Assembly: GCA_963769935.1 (NCBI GenBank)
Contig: CAVYNY010000015.1
Location: 89,266-153,265 of the forward strand
Reading direction: 5' to 3'
Length of the DNA: 64,000 nucleotides
Origin: an uncultured delta proteobacterium
GTDB taxonomy: Bacteria > Desulfobacterota > Desulfobacteria > Desulfobacterales > JAFDCJ01
The notes beneath the pieces were generated by a model, which was not told the origin of the DNA, made no database searches, and saw nothing but the letters and a program-made list of their open reading frames with translations. Below are positions 21,338 to 31,922 of this stretch, one piece after another. Position 1 is the first letter of the stretch; the number at the start of each line of letters is the position of its first letter. The translations under genes were made by a program, and so were the position numbers.

Positions 21338-23620
21338 GTGGCCAGACGATCTGAAATTCCGGGAGATCCGAATAACAAAGGGTGGTTCCAGCGCATTGGC
21401 GTGCAAACCGGGCTTATTTTTCTGCTGCTTCTGGTGCTGGTGCCGGTCCTTGCCGTTCAGGTTGTTGTGCGCTACCGAGAATTTCGCGGGGAGCGCCGGC
21501 AGGAACTTCAGGCCAACCTGGAAATCGCTCGAGCCGTGGCCGAAACATTTGATGCACTTGTAGATGATGTTTTGCACCAGGAGCTTGCGATCGGACTGTC
21601 GATTACGTCTCTGCCGCCGATTCCTTCAGAGCGCGTTCACTCCCTCCTGGACGCCAGCCAGGCAGAGTATTCCGCAGTGAGCAATATTTCCTGGGTGACC
21701 CCTCAGGGTCGAATCACCGCCTCCAGCCTGGAAAGTGCCGTCGGGGTGAATATCGGCGACAGGCCCTATTTTCAGGCAATTGCCGGCGGAAGAGACTGGG
21801 TGGTGAGCGATCTCGTTGTTTCGCGCGTCACCAAAGAGCCGGTATTCACCATAAGCCGCGGCATCCACGGCGCCAAAGGCACCCTGCTGGGTATTGTGGT
21901 AGCGGTGATGGCCCCAGATCGGCTGGGCAAAATATTGGGAGTCGAACGCGGTCACGAGGGAGCAGTTGCCGTCATCGACCGCGAGGGAAAGCTGGTCTAC
22001 CGCCATCCGGAGATCAAATGGACGTGGAAAAAACGCGATTGGCTCCGGCAATACCCGTTTTTGAAAACGGTCCTGGACGGCCACGAACTCAAGACCACCA
22101 TTGATTCCGACCTCAACGGGCAAAAACGCATCATCGGACTGACGACCGTCCCCTTGATCGGTTGGGTGGTGGGCGCCGGCCGCCCGGAAGCCGAGGTCAT
22201 GAGGCCGCTGATATCCGGTTTTTTGCTTAACCTGGCCGTGCTTTTCGTGGCCGGCTTGGCAGCGCTTCTGATTGCACTCGGGCTCTCACGTACCATCGCA
22301 GCGCCGTTGCAAAATCTGCAGGCCCATGCGCTGGCGCTGGGACGCGGGGAAGAGAGGAAAGATTTTGAAGTTAGCGGTTTTTTAGAGTTAAGGGATCTGG
22401 CAAGAACCTTTAATGTCATGGCCGGGGAAATCCGGAAACGCGAGGAAAAACTGCGCGAAGCTCACGATGAACTTGAAAGGCGGGTGCAGGAACGAACCTT
22501 TGCGCTGGCCAAAGCCAACGAATCGTTGCAGACTGAAATCAACGAGCGCAAGAGCGCCGAACAGAGCCTGGCTGAGAAAAATGAACTGCTCGAAAGCATG
22601 TTTTCCAGCATCCACCTTCTTGTGGCTTACATGGATCCCGACTTTAATTTCCTCCGGGTAAACCGCGTATACGCTGAAGCCGATGGGCATACCCCGGAGT
22701 TCTTTATCGGCAAAAATCACTTTCAACTCTACCCCAACGAGGAGAATGAAACGATTTTCCGAAAGGTGGTGGAAACAGGCGTCCCCTATTTTGTTTTTGA
22801 AAAACCCTTCGAATATGCCGGCCATCCGGAGCGCGGAACCTCCTACTGGGACTGGAGTCTGTATCCCGTCAGAAATCCGAAGGGCGAAGTCAGTGGAATC
22901 GTCTTGAGTTTGGTGGATGTGACCGAGCGCAGGCATGCCCAAGACGAACTGCGAAAATCGGAGCAACAACTCCGAGTTCTCTCTTCCCAACTTATGAATG
23001 CTCAAGAAAAAGAGAGGAGCTATGTCGCCCAGGAACTCCATGACAGCATTGCATCGAACTTGGCCGCCATCAAAATTACTTTGGAAAACAAGCTGTTCCA
23101 GATGGGTAAGGGCCCCGTTCCTCCGGGCATATCACTGGAGGACATCATTTCCTTCGTTAAAGCCACGATTAACGACCTTAGAAGAATCATGACGGACCTG
23201 AGGCCGGCCATGCTGGATGATTTGGGCATCCTGCCGACCATCCAGTGGCACTGCAAAGAATTTCAAAAGATATACCCGAATATTCGCATTGAAACATTTC
23301 TTTGCGCTCCGGGAGAGAGACTCGCGGAGCCTCTGGAGATCACAATTTTCAGAATTCTGCAGGAGGCTATGCACAACGCTGCAAAACATAGCAACGCAGA
23401 CCTCATCCGCATTTCTTTGAGAAGCGAAAAGGACCTTCATTTGACCATCGAAGACAATGGGTCGGGCTTTGATTTGGAGGAGGTGAGGGCAAGGAAAAGC
23501 AGCCGCAATGGCCTGGGTCTTTCCAGCATGAAAGAACGAGCCGAACTGGCAGGCGGAAAACTTTGCATCGAGTCTACCAGGGGAGTAGGAACGACGATTC
23601 GGGCCTTGTGGCCGGTTTGA
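21338..23620 (+). CDS. Sensor histidine kinase (Cache-HAMP-PAS-HisKA_3)
   Basis: Two TM segments; DRPYF, AQELHDSI, LRPAMLDDLG, QEAMHNAAKH, DNGSGF and GLGLSSMKER motifs. Confidence 0.9.
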   Translation: MARRSEIPGDPNNKGWFQRIGVQTGLIFLLLLVLVPVLAVQVVVRYREFRGERRQELQANLEIARAVAETFDALVDDVLHQELAIGLSITSLPPIPSERVHSLLDASQAEYSAVSNISWVTPQGRITASSLESAVGVNIGDRPYFQAIAGGRDWVVSDLVVSRVTKEPVFTISRGIHGAKGTLLGIVVAVMAPDRLGKILGVERGHEGAVAVIDREGKLVYRHPEIKWTWKKRDWLRQYPFLKTVLDGHELKTTIDSDLNGQKRIIGLTTVPLIGWVVGAGRPEAEVMRPLISGFLLNLAVLFVAGLAALLIALGLSRTIAAPLQNLQAHALALGRGEERKDFEVSGFLELRDLARTFNVMAGEIRKREEKLREAHDELERRVQERTFALAKANESLQTEINERKSAEQSLAEKNELLESMFSSIHLLVAYMDPDFNFLRVNRVYAEADGHTPEFFIGKNHFQLYPNEENETIFRKVVETGVPYFVFEKPFEYAGHPERGTSYWDWSLYPVRNPKGEVSGIVLSLVDVTERRHAQDELRKSEQQLRVLSSQLMNAQEKERSYVAQELHDSIASNLAAIKITLENKLFQMGKGPVPPGISLEDIISFVKATINDLRRIMTDLRPAMLDDLGILPTIQWHCKEFQKIYPNIRIETFLCAPGERLAEPLEITIFRILQEAMHNAAKHSNADLIRISLRSEKDLHLTIEDNGSGFDLEEVRARKSSRNGLGLSSMKERAELAGGKLCIESTRGVGTTIRALWPV

Positions 23621-23833
23621 TACCATTTTACGAACCAGGGTGTTGCGATGTGAGCATGCAAGCCCGTATTTTCCCGCCGCCCTACCCTCTATTTTAAATA
23701 AGGTTTCAACGAAATGAATGCGGCTGCTAAGAAAAAAGCAGAGGAAGACTGACCCTGGCAGGTCATGGTGCGGCTGGAGCTGCACGCTCGTAGTCAATTA
23801 TTTCGTGAATTTAAATCAAGGTGAAAATATGGA

Positions 23834-24151
23834 TCAGGAGAATCGAAAAAGAATTTCTTCAAAATTTTTTACTCTTTCTCCGTAAAACTCGATCCCTTCG
23901 TCTTTAAGCATTTTTATTTTTTCCTGAATAGCGGCTCCCGATGTCTTCCCCTTAAATCCCCCAATCCGACCGGATGTGGCAACAACCCGGTGTCAGGGAA
24001 CCTCGGGCGCATAGGGGTTTCTTTTCATAGCCTGACCGACCCCCCGATAGGCTCTGGTCCCCAGAGCATGGGCAATCTCTTTATAGGTCGTTACCCGCCC
24101 TTTAGGCACCTTCCTTAAAAAATCGTACACTTTATCGGAAAAGGTTTTCAT
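23834..24151 (-). CDS. MGMT/Ogt-family alkyltransferase with in-frame UGA (probable selenoprotein)
   Basis: Manual translation: MKTFSDKVY..VPKGRVTTYKEIA..VGQAMKRNPYAPEVP-UGA-HRVVATSGRIGGF..LKDEGI; 105 aa; GGAGG RBS. Confidence 0.85.
23959..23995 (-). promoter_or_regulatory. Candidate bacterial SECIS element
   Basis: Just after UGA: CCA-C-AUCC-GGUC-GGAU-UGG hairpin with a G-containing apical loop 21 nt downstream. Confidence 0.6.
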
Positions 24152-24230
24152 TTCTCCCTGCCTCCTCGGTATGTTTATAATAAATTAAAATATTTCGTCT
24201 TTCCGCTCTATTGATTCCCGCTCCTTTTGA

Positions 24231-24296
24231 TTAAGACCGTTTCAAAGCCGTTTTTAAGGCATTTCATACGCAATGTCAATTACTTACCGCGACCCC
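24231..24296. repeat. About 65-bp imperfect direct repeat, second copy at 27784..27847
   Basis: TAAGACCRTTTCAAAG.CGTTTTTAAG.CATTT.AT..GCAATGTCAATTACTTA. Confidence 0.75.
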
Positions 24297-24337
24297 AGCC
24301 CCCGCAGTCCCCGGAAAATAACTTCATACCACAAGCC

Positions 24338-24398
24338 TACTAAAGTCTTCGCTTAAAGGCGAGGGATTTTCTCCCATTCTCCGCATGGGACATTAAAT
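24338..24398 (+). mobile_element. Possible IS200/IS605-family end remnant
   Basis: CTTCGC-TTAAAG-GCGAGG hairpin followed by a CCCAT..ATGGG hairpin; no transposase nearby. Confidence 0.35.
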
Positions 24399-24449
24399 TA
24401 CGCTTCCAGCCTGCGATCAAGGGGAACCGATCCTGAACGACGCTTTTTC

Positions 24450-24480
24450 TTGACAAGCATATATCGAAATGATATATACT
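24450..24480 (+). promoter_or_regulatory. Sigma70 promoter with an overlapping palindromic operator (likely PadR)
   Basis: TTGACA..TATATA/TATACT; ATATATC-N5-GATATAT. Confidence 0.65.
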
Positions 24481-24508
24481 GATAAATCATATACCGAGGA
24501 GATATTAA

Positions 24509-25147
24509 ATGGATGTAAAATTCATGCTATTGGGGTTTCTCATGCAGAGCAATATGACGGGCTATGAAATCAAAAAGAGGTTTTCCCTCTCCTTCTCGTT
24601 TTTCTCCGGGCTGAGCTACGGCTCCATTTACCCCGCCTTGAAAAAAATGGAGCAGGAGGGCTTGATCACCTTGCAAGTGCAGATTCAAGACGGAGCGCCC
24701 AATCGCAAGATATACACCATCACGGATTCCGGCAAAAAGGTGTTTCTGGAGGCCCTGCGGGCGCCTTTCGACTTGGATCGACCGAAATATGCATTTCTGG
24801 CGCGACTCTTTTTCTTTGCCCACCTCTCTCCCGCAGAACGTCTTGCCGCCGCCAAGATGCATCTGGAATCCGTCCAAGACTTCCAGCAATACCTCCAAGC
24901 CGCAGGACCTGAGATCAAAGATCGTGCAGACAAATATCAATACCTTGGTTACCGCTTTGGGGTCCAATTCTTTGAAGACTTCGTGCGCAATGCCTCGCGG
25001 ATCGTTGAGGAGTTGGAAAAGGAGGAGGCCGATGGAAAGTCCCGTTCTCGGAAGGTCTTGACCCCTTCCGCAGAAAGAGTGCCCGGCGACTCCAACGGGG
25101 AGTCACTCCTCGGCGTCAAGCCGACGACAAAAGACGTAAGACAATAG
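24509..25147 (+). CDS. PadR-family regulator
   Basis: TGYEIKK, GSIYPALKKM and RKIYTITDSG motifs. Confidence 0.88.
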   Translation: MDVKFMLLGFLMQSNMTGYEIKKRFSLSFSFFSGLSYGSIYPALKKMEQEGLITLQVQIQDGAPNRKIYTITDSGKKVFLEALRAPFDLDRPKYAFLARLFFFAHLSPAERLAAAKMHLESVQDFQQYLQAAGPEIKDRADKYQYLGYRFGVQFFEDFVRNASRIVEELEKEEADGKSRSRKVLTPSAERVPGDSNGESLLGVKPTTKDVRQ

Positions 25148-25171
25148 TTTACTTGCAGAAAGGAGAATGCT

Positions 25172-26245
25172 ATGAAGGTCCTCGCCCTTAATTCAAGCCC
25201 TCGCGACGGAGACCAGAGCAAAACAGGACTCATGCTCGATCATCTTGTTGAAGGCATGCGGGAAGCCGGTGCCGAGGTGGAGGTCGTGCAGCTCCGCAAG
25301 AAGAAAGTCAAGAACTGCATCGGCTGTTACACCTGCTGGACAAAGACACCGGGTGTCTGCATCCACAAGGATGACATGACCCACGAGCTTTTCCCGAAAT
25401 TTATTGAATCCGATCTTGTGGTCTATGGCACGCCGCTTTACCATTTTACGCTGAATGCCACCATGAAGACATTTATCGAGCGCACGCTTCCCATACTAGA
25501 ACCTTTTTTTAAGCAGGAAAATGGGAAAACCCATCACCCGCATCGCTATGAGTTCCCCAAGGCGGTGCTCCTTTCAGTCGCCGGCTTTCCGGAAATGTCT
25601 GTTTTTGAGCAGCTCTCCTCCTGGGTGCAATTCATTTTCGGCAGGTCGGGGAAGCTGGTGGCCGAGATCTACCGGCCGGCGGCAGAGGTCCTGACCGTGC
25701 CTTTTTTCAAAGACAAGGTCGAGGACATTCTTGAAGCCACCAAACAGGCGGGCAGGGAGATCGCTCAATCCTTGAAAGTTTCGCAAGAGACCTTAGCCCG
25801 CGTCACCCAGAATCTTAGCGAGAACAAGGAAATATTCCACAAAATGGCAAATCTCTTTTGGAAGAGCTGCATTGCAGAGGAGGTTGCACCCAGGGAATTT
25901 GCTGAAAGAGGGCTCATCCCTCGACCTGATTCTATCGAGACGTTCATGCTGATTCTCCCGATGGGATTCAATCCTGACGGCGCGAGCGACACCCAGGCCG
26001 TCCTTCAGTTTAACTTCTCCGGTGAGAGCGAAGGGTCATGCCATTTCCGGATCGAGAATCGACAAATCAAGGCGCTCCCCGGTCCAGCGGAAAAACCGGA
26101 TCTTACCATCGACAGCCCTTTTGAGGTGTGGATGGACATCATGACCGGCAAGGCAGACGGCCAGCAGATGTTTATGGCTCAGAAGTACAAGGTGAGCGGC
26201 GATTTCAACTTGCTGATTCCCATCAGGCAGATCTTTGGGAAGTAA
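25172..26245 (+). CDS. Iron-sulfur flavoprotein/NAD(P)H oxidoreductase fused to an SCP2 domain
   Basis: NSSPR, CIGCYTCW..C and TPLY motifs; C-terminal SCP2-like QMFMAQKYKVSGD. Confidence 0.8.
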   Translation: MKVLALNSSPRDGDQSKTGLMLDHLVEGMREAGAEVEVVQLRKKKVKNCIGCYTCWTKTPGVCIHKDDMTHELFPKFIESDLVVYGTPLYHFTLNATMKTFIERTLPILEPFFKQENGKTHHPHRYEFPKAVLLSVAGFPEMSVFEQLSSWVQFIFGRSGKLVAEIYRPAAEVLTVPFFKDKVEDILEATKQAGREIAQSLKVSQETLARVTQNLSENKEIFHKMANLFWKSCIAEEVAPREFAERGLIPRPDSIETFMLILPMGFNPDGASDTQAVLQFNFSGESEGSCHFRIENRQIKALPGPAEKPDLTIDSPFEVWMDIMTGKADGQQMFMAQKYKVSGDFNLLIPIRQIFGK

Positions 26246-26320
26246 ACAAATCAGCCGCGAATTTACGAGGCGGCTGAATTTGTCAGGTTGGGCAAAAGTT
26301 CGAGAAGATCACGGCAATTC

Positions 26321-27598
26321 TTATCGCCCTTCGCTATATGCCTCCAGTTCCCGCTGCATCATATCATTCAACGTTTCACGTCGCTCGATGACTTTTACTG
26401 ATTTGTCAGGAGAAACAAGGATTGAAGCCGGCAAATTCATTGAGTTGTACTCACTTTTCATCGCGTGTGAATAAGCCCCGACGCAACCCATAACCATCAA
26501 ATCGCCAACACTTAGCTCCGGGAATTCACGAGGTTCGAGTATGCCTGAACCATCGGATTTAACCGTGAATACATCTCCGGATTCGCACAGATAACCTGCC
26601 ACGACATAAGGGTGTTTTTCGGTCCCGGCAGAAGGGTTGCGTCTGACAAACCGAATGGGATGAAATGAACCATACATCGATGGTCGAATATTGTGATTCA
26701 AACCTGTATTAACGATCACAAACCGATAATCCGGTGTTGACTTAACAGCCTGGATTTCCGCGAGGAGTGTTCCGCTGTGCGCGACAATATAACGGCCGGG
26801 TTCGATTTGAAGAGAAATTTCGCGGCCCATTTTTTTAGAAAATGCAGCCATGCTCTCTGAAAGGGCCTTTCCCCAAGCTTTCACATCCATGGGCTTCTGC
26901 TTCGCTTCATTGTATACGACCGGCAGCCCCCCGCCAAAATTTACAAATTGCAGGTCAGGAAATGTGCTTGCGTTTGAGAGCATAAGATCCTTAATACGGA
27001 GCCAGGGTTCGATATCGTGCCCGCCGGACCCGATATGCGCATGAACTCCGATAATTCGCAGCCCCAGCTTTTTAGCTATGGATTTCGCTTCGTCAATTTG
27101 ATCGAAATAGATACCGTGTTTGCTGCTTGGGCCGCCGGTGTTGGTTTTGTTGGTCTCGCCGTTTCCTTCCCCCGGGTTTACGCGTATCGAGCAGGCCGTG
27201 CAGCCAGGGATTTTTCCCAGCAATCGAATTTGGTCTATCGAAGTGCAGTTGATGAGCACACCCCGTTGTACAAGCTCTTCGTACACCGTTAAAGTCGCAC
27301 CCTCGCCTGTGTAATATATCTCCTGGGGCAGGAACCCGGCGCGTTGTGCTCGCAGCACTTCATTCAAAGACGAGGCATCAATCCATAGCCCTTCTTCACG
27401 AATAATTTTCAAGATCGCCTGTAAGGTTAGCGCCTTGCAGGCATACCGAATTTTGGTTCGGGGGTACGATATAGCCGTCTTTAGTTCCCGGCATTTACTT
27501 CGAATGACGGCTTCTTCAAAAATATAAAGTGGCGTGTGGTATGTTTCGGCAATTTCAGCAATTCTTTCGTCTGAGATTTGGGTCATAATTGTGTCCAT
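26321..27598 (-). CDS. lysA: Diaminopimelate decarboxylase
   Basis: YACKA, HAHIGSG, FGGGL, EPGRY, CESGD and GAY motifs. Confidence 0.88.
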   Translation of the reverse strand: MDTIMTQISDERIAEIAETYHTPLYIFEEAVIRSKCRELKTAISYPRTKIRYACKALTLQAILKIIREEGLWIDASSLNEVLRAQRAGFLPQEIYYTGEGATLTVYEELVQRGVLINCTSIDQIRLLGKIPGCTACSIRVNPGEGNGETNKTNTGGPSSKHGIYFDQIDEAKSIAKKLGLRIIGVHAHIGSGGHDIEPWLRIKDLMLSNASTFPDLQFVNFGGGLPVVYNEAKQKPMDVKAWGKALSESMAAFSKKMGREISLQIEPGRYIVAHSGTLLAEIQAVKSTPDYRFVIVNTGLNHNIRPSMYGSFHPIRFVRRNPSAGTEKHPYVVAGYLCESGDVFTVKSDGSGILEPREFPELSVGDLMVMGCVGAYSHAMKSEYNSMNLPASILVSPDKSVKVIERRETLNDMMQRELEAYSEGR

Positions 27599-27864
27599 AG
27601 GGGGTTCCTCCAGTTGCGCGATAGCAGACAGGCATAATCGCCACGGATCAGCAGCAATCCGAGCGGCAAGCTTGCTTGCTGGTGGTATTGACTGTTGAAT
27701 CCGCTGGTTGTGAGGCGCAGCGCTCCGAGCAGCAAATGGCGGCCTGGGGTCGCCACAGTAACATCTTGAAAAACCGGTAGACTAAGACCATTTCAAAGAC
27801 GTTTTTAAGACATTTTATCGGCAATGTCAATTACTTAGCGTGGCCCGCCCCCCGGCTCACCCAC

Positions 27865-28626
27865 TCAGTGAGCGAGCACCAGCTTTATGGCCATCACCAC
27901 AAGGGCGACGTAGAGAATCCATCGAATCAAACCCTCGCCTCTCTTCAGTGCCAGGCGGGTCGCAATCCAGCCGCCGAGGGCATTGCCGACGGCGAGCACA
28001 AGCCCGGCGGACCACAGAACCTGGCCTTTGCTTGCAAAAATGAGCAGCGCCGCCAGGGTGTAAACACCCACGATGAAGACCTTGTGCATGTTGACCCTCA
28101 CAAGATCGAGGCCGAGGACACCGTGGAGCACTGCCATCAGGATAAAGCCCACGCCGGCCTGTATAAATCCGCCGTAAAACCCAGTGGCTACCATCAATAG
28201 GTGCGCCGGAACGACTCGCCGCCATCGGTTTTGGCCGCTCTTCTCGTGCCCGGGGTCCTCTGAACGTTTTTTTTTGTGCGCCATCTGCAATAAAACCAGA
28301 AGCATGACGCCCGCCAGAATTCGATTGAACCAGACGCCTCCGATCCTGGTACCCACATAGGCACCCAGAATCGCTCCGGGAAGAGCACATAGGCCCAGTG
28401 ACAAACTCAATTTGAAATCCGACAGTCCCCGCTCGGCGAAACCTGCAGTGGCAACAAGATTCTGAATCAGGATCGCAACCCGGTTTGTGCCGTTGGCGAC
28501 TGTTCCATCCTCGCCCATAAACACCAGAATCGGCATCGTGATCAACGAACCGCCGCCGGCCATGACGTTCAGGAAACCGGCGATACAGCCGGCCAGGCTC
28601 AACACGATACCCTGCCAGAGTTCCAA
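27865..28626 (-). CDS. TauE/SafE-family exporter
   Basis: AGGGSLIT, ANGTNR and GFYGGFIQAGVG motifs. Confidence 0.88.
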   Translation of the reverse strand: MELWQGIVLSLAGCIAGFLNVMAGGGSLITMPILVFMGEDGTVANGTNRVAILIQNLVATAGFAERGLSDFKLSLSLGLCALPGAILGAYVGTRIGGVWFNRILAGVMLLVLLQMAHKKKRSEDPGHEKSGQNRWRRVVPAHLLMVATGFYGGFIQAGVGFILMAVLHGVLGLDLVRVNMHKVFIVGVYTLAALLIFASKGQVLWSAGLVLAVGNALGGWIATRLALKRGEGLIRWILYVALVVMAIKLVLAH

Positions 28627-29020
28627 TATTTCTCTCCTTTATGTTCAGAACCTGGGCGGTTCGAATAAAAACGACAGCCTGAATCCAACTCAAAAAGAGC
28701 CCGGTTCGAAGCGCTTTTAATACCGAAAACTACACCAGTACGTCAAGTGCATGTTCCTAATAATCTATACAGGAACCGCACAACCACCAATTGCCTTGAA
28801 AACCTCGGTACATTTATATCCCAATTTTCGCACTGCAATATAACAAAGCACTCGGCGCGCTTCTGTGACGGGTCGCTCTTTGCCGGCTGACTTCAAATTC
28901 TCAGGTTCGCTTTTTCAGCAGTGCGCCACTTTGTCGATGAGCGCCGGCAAGCTGATAACACTCACCTGCAAAATGATATGGCATATCCCGTCAGCAACCG
29001 CCGCATGACTGTAACGATCG

Positions 29021-29420
29021 GTGCCAAACCGGTTCAATATAAAAGCTCCTTTCAACGCCATGGGAGGACTGTCACTGCTGGTAATGGGATTGATGCTTTT
29101 CCTCGTGCCGGAAAGTCCCGCCTTCAAGAGCCGTGACAAGAAAAGGGCTTCTTTCTTCAGGTCCCTTCTTTCGGTCTACAAAGACAAACCCATGATCGGC
29201 ATCATGGTTTACATGGCTACGAGGGGATTTTACAGGTGGGGATTCAATACATTCTTTCCGCTGATTGCCGTAAGAACAGAAAAGATGAGCCCTGCCGATA
29301 TCGGTCTGGTTTTTTCCGTCTACATGCTCTTTGGAAGCATAATGCAGTATCCGTTTGGATTGCTGGCGGATAAATTTCCATCCCAGAAGGTTAATCTCAT
29401 TTTGATAGGAGGCATCTGCA
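29021..29420 (+). pseudogene. MFS transporter internal fragment
   Basis: TM segments and QYPFGLLADK; no start or end. Confidence 0.6.
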
Positions 29421-29660
29421 GATCGCTTTCCTTGGCCACATAGCCGGCCAACCCAAAAAAGCCACCATATGAAACGAGTAAATGAATTTATACTGCAAAG
29501 CCGCGGTCGCATTGTGCAAATACATCACCCGTTCGATAAAATGACCGTAAAAGACCAGGGCCATGGCGTAAAACCGTGCAATATCCAAGGTCAGGATTCT
29601 AGACGACGTTAATTCACGCTGCAAAGCCACTTCCTTCTTTTAAAGTGTTGTAGTGGCATA
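29416..29660 (-). pseudogene. Acyltransferase-3 N-terminal fragment
   Basis: RILTLDIARFYAMALVFYGH and FIYSFHM motifs. Confidence 0.6.
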
Positions 29661-29859
29661 TCTTCACTCCTTCCGTATTTGACCAACTGGTCTTTACCGT
29701 ACCTTGGGCGAATCCTTCTTACGATTCTAATCGCAACGGGGTGCGGTTCCCGTATCAATAGCTATCAAATGTATCCCGGAATAAATTGTCGTTTTGCTCT
29801 ATAAGTATCAGAGAAAAAAAGTTTTGTGCAGATTACGGCGAATGCGAGCAAGTTGTCGA

Positions 29860-30798
29860 TCAGGAATGACTCATACGTGGATCAGCTTTTCGCTCCAAGG
29901 CGCTGCGGTCCCACCCGGCGAGATCAGCTTCGGCTTCATAGGTACTCTGCAAGAAATTCAACAGCACGGTATCGGGTTCGCCAGCCGTTCGCACGACCTC
30001 GTAAGGCAGTATGAATTCCCTAAGTTCCTTATGGTAGTAGGCCGCTTCCGGTTGAACAATGTACTCGCTGAAGCCGTCCGGCTCCGGATAGGCATATGCA
30101 TAGAAGGCGGCCTCGCCCAACCCTGCGCCCGGCCAGAAACCGGCGCTTGATACCTCATGGGAATACGCTTCTTCCATCACCCAATCAGCACAATTAGGCA
30201 CACCGCCTGGGTGTCTTGGTGCAGTCCGCCCCGAAAAGCGAGTCACAGCCAGATCAAATGCGCCCCAGAAAAAATGTACAGGGCTCACCTTACCAATGAA
30301 GCGAGCCCGGAAATCAGTGAAGACGCGTTGCACTTGCAGCAAGGCTTGATACCATCGTCCGACCGCCTCAGGGTCGTACGATGCGTTACCCTCGATTTCA
30401 GGAAAGGGCCTTACGAGATTAGGGATCTCAACGGGCATTGGCCAGATGTGCGTTTCGATGTCCAGTTCGCCGAGAATCCTCATAATTTTCCGATAGAAGT
30501 CTGCAACCGATATCGGCTTCAAGCCAAAGGAGCGGCGCTCCCTTTCGGACGTAGTAACATGTAGTCGGTGGTCATTAAAATCAAAGTCAATTTCGAAGCC
30601 GCGAGTACCATAAGGGATCAGGGAGGTTGTCAGCCCCCGCGAGGTGATATAAAATGGGACGTGCCACGAGTGATTTATCCAGGGCATATGCGAAAGACGG
30701 ATTTTTCCTACAATTTGGCTCCAAAGGTGGAGTGTTTCGTAGGTCTCTTGCCACGGCAATAGTGGCAACTTCGGCCAACGCTCGTTTTGTATGGTCAT
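29860..30798 (-). CDS. DUF5996-like protein
   Basis: LHLWSQIVGK, PVHFFWGAFDLAVTRFSGR and EAYSHE motifs. Confidence 0.8.
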   Translation of the reverse strand: MTIQNERWPKLPLLPWQETYETLHLWSQIVGKIRLSHMPWINHSWHVPFYITSRGLTTSLIPYGTRGFEIDFDFNDHRLHVTTSERERRSFGLKPISVADFYRKIMRILGELDIETHIWPMPVEIPNLVRPFPEIEGNASYDPEAVGRWYQALLQVQRVFTDFRARFIGKVSPVHFFWGAFDLAVTRFSGRTAPRHPGGVPNCADWVMEEAYSHEVSSAGFWPGAGLGEAAFYAYAYPEPDGFSEYIVQPEAAYYHKELREFILPYEVVRTAGEPDTVLLNFLQSTYEAEADLAGWDRSALERKADPRMSHS

Positions 30799-30803
30799 GA
30801 CGA

Positions 30804-31922
30804 TTACCCTCCTTTTCTGTGCTGCCCAACGTTGCAGGTAACCTGGATGTTCAAACCTGCAATGCGCTTCGAAAACCTTAGCCCCGCCTCCAATGCTCCC
30901 TCAAGCAGACCACCATTGCTAAAAGATGTTTCCGTTGAGATGAATTCGAGCTTCCCATCCCATGCACTGCCCAATTGAAGATTTAGCCCATACTGTGGAT
31001 GATGGGTTTGTGGATTGCGATCGGCGTCATTAGCGGTAAATCTTTCCGTACTCCAATCCTGGAAATGAACCGCTTTAGGCCGATTCGCTTTATTCCCAAA
31101 CAACGTCGCGAGTTGGGCCGTTGCTTGTCTGATAAATTCAGACCGCCCCATACTTGCCCGACTATTTGCATCCAGCCCGGAAAAGCCAAACAAACAGAAA
31201 GTGCTTCCAGAATTTGGCGAAGCATCGTGAATCTCTGCCAATGGTCCATGTTGGCTGATGGCAGTCCCACACAGACCTTTCTTCCGCCAAAATGGCTCAT
31301 CATAGATCGCGAAAAACTTGGCATGCCCCGCCATCCAGGTAGGGATTGCAGCCAGAGTTCGAGTCGTTTTGGGAGGCAACTCAGGCATAAATTTCAGCTC
31401 AGCCGCCAATCGGGGTGGTATTGCCACGGCAACCTGCTTTGTTTGTATCTGTATCTTTCCCGACGGCCCCATTACATCGACAGCAATAACGTCTCTGTTA
31501 ATTGAGAGTCCTGTAACCACATGCTCCAAAAGGCGATGGGGGGCATCAATTCTATTGACTATCGCGTCAGAGAGGCGGTTGATGCCGCCCTGAATGCGCC
31601 GCGCCCCTGCCATTGGTGATAAGGCTGTGGTTCTGTCAATACGACCGTCAATCTCTTGAAGCAATACATCGCCATCAGCAAATTGTTCGTAAGATGGAAT
31701 ATTGAAATGGTTCAATAAACTGGCCACAAGTGGTTGACCAGGCCAAAACCAAGATGGGCCAAGATCACAATCAGCACCCTCGTCGCCCCTCATTGTTAGA
31801 ATTCGACCACCGAATCGTGTTCGGGCTTCCATCACACTTGCGTTTTTACCTGCATCTCGCAGTTGCCATGTTGCGAAAAGTCCACTAAGTCCACCGCCAA
31901 TAATCAAGATGTCTGTTTGCAT
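30804..31922 (-). CDS. Flavin monoamine oxidase family protein
   Basis: IIGGGLSG, EARTRFGGRI, DLGPSWFWP and GLLEGALEAG motifs. Confidence 0.85.
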   Translation of the reverse strand: MQTDILIIGGGLSGLFATWQLRDAGKNASVMEARTRFGGRILTMRGDEGADCDLGPSWFWPGQPLVASLLNHFNIPSYEQFADGDVLLQEIDGRIDRTTALSPMAGARRIQGGINRLSDAIVNRIDAPHRLLEHVVTGLSINRDVIAVDVMGPSGKIQIQTKQVAVAIPPRLAAELKFMPELPPKTTRTLAAIPTWMAGHAKFFAIYDEPFWRKKGLCGTAISQHGPLAEIHDASPNSGSTFCLFGFSGLDANSRASMGRSEFIRQATAQLATLFGNKANRPKAVHFQDWSTERFTANDADRNPQTHHPQYGLNLQLGSAWDGKLEFISTETSFSNGGLLEGALEAGLRFSKRIAGLNIQVTCNVGQHRKGG

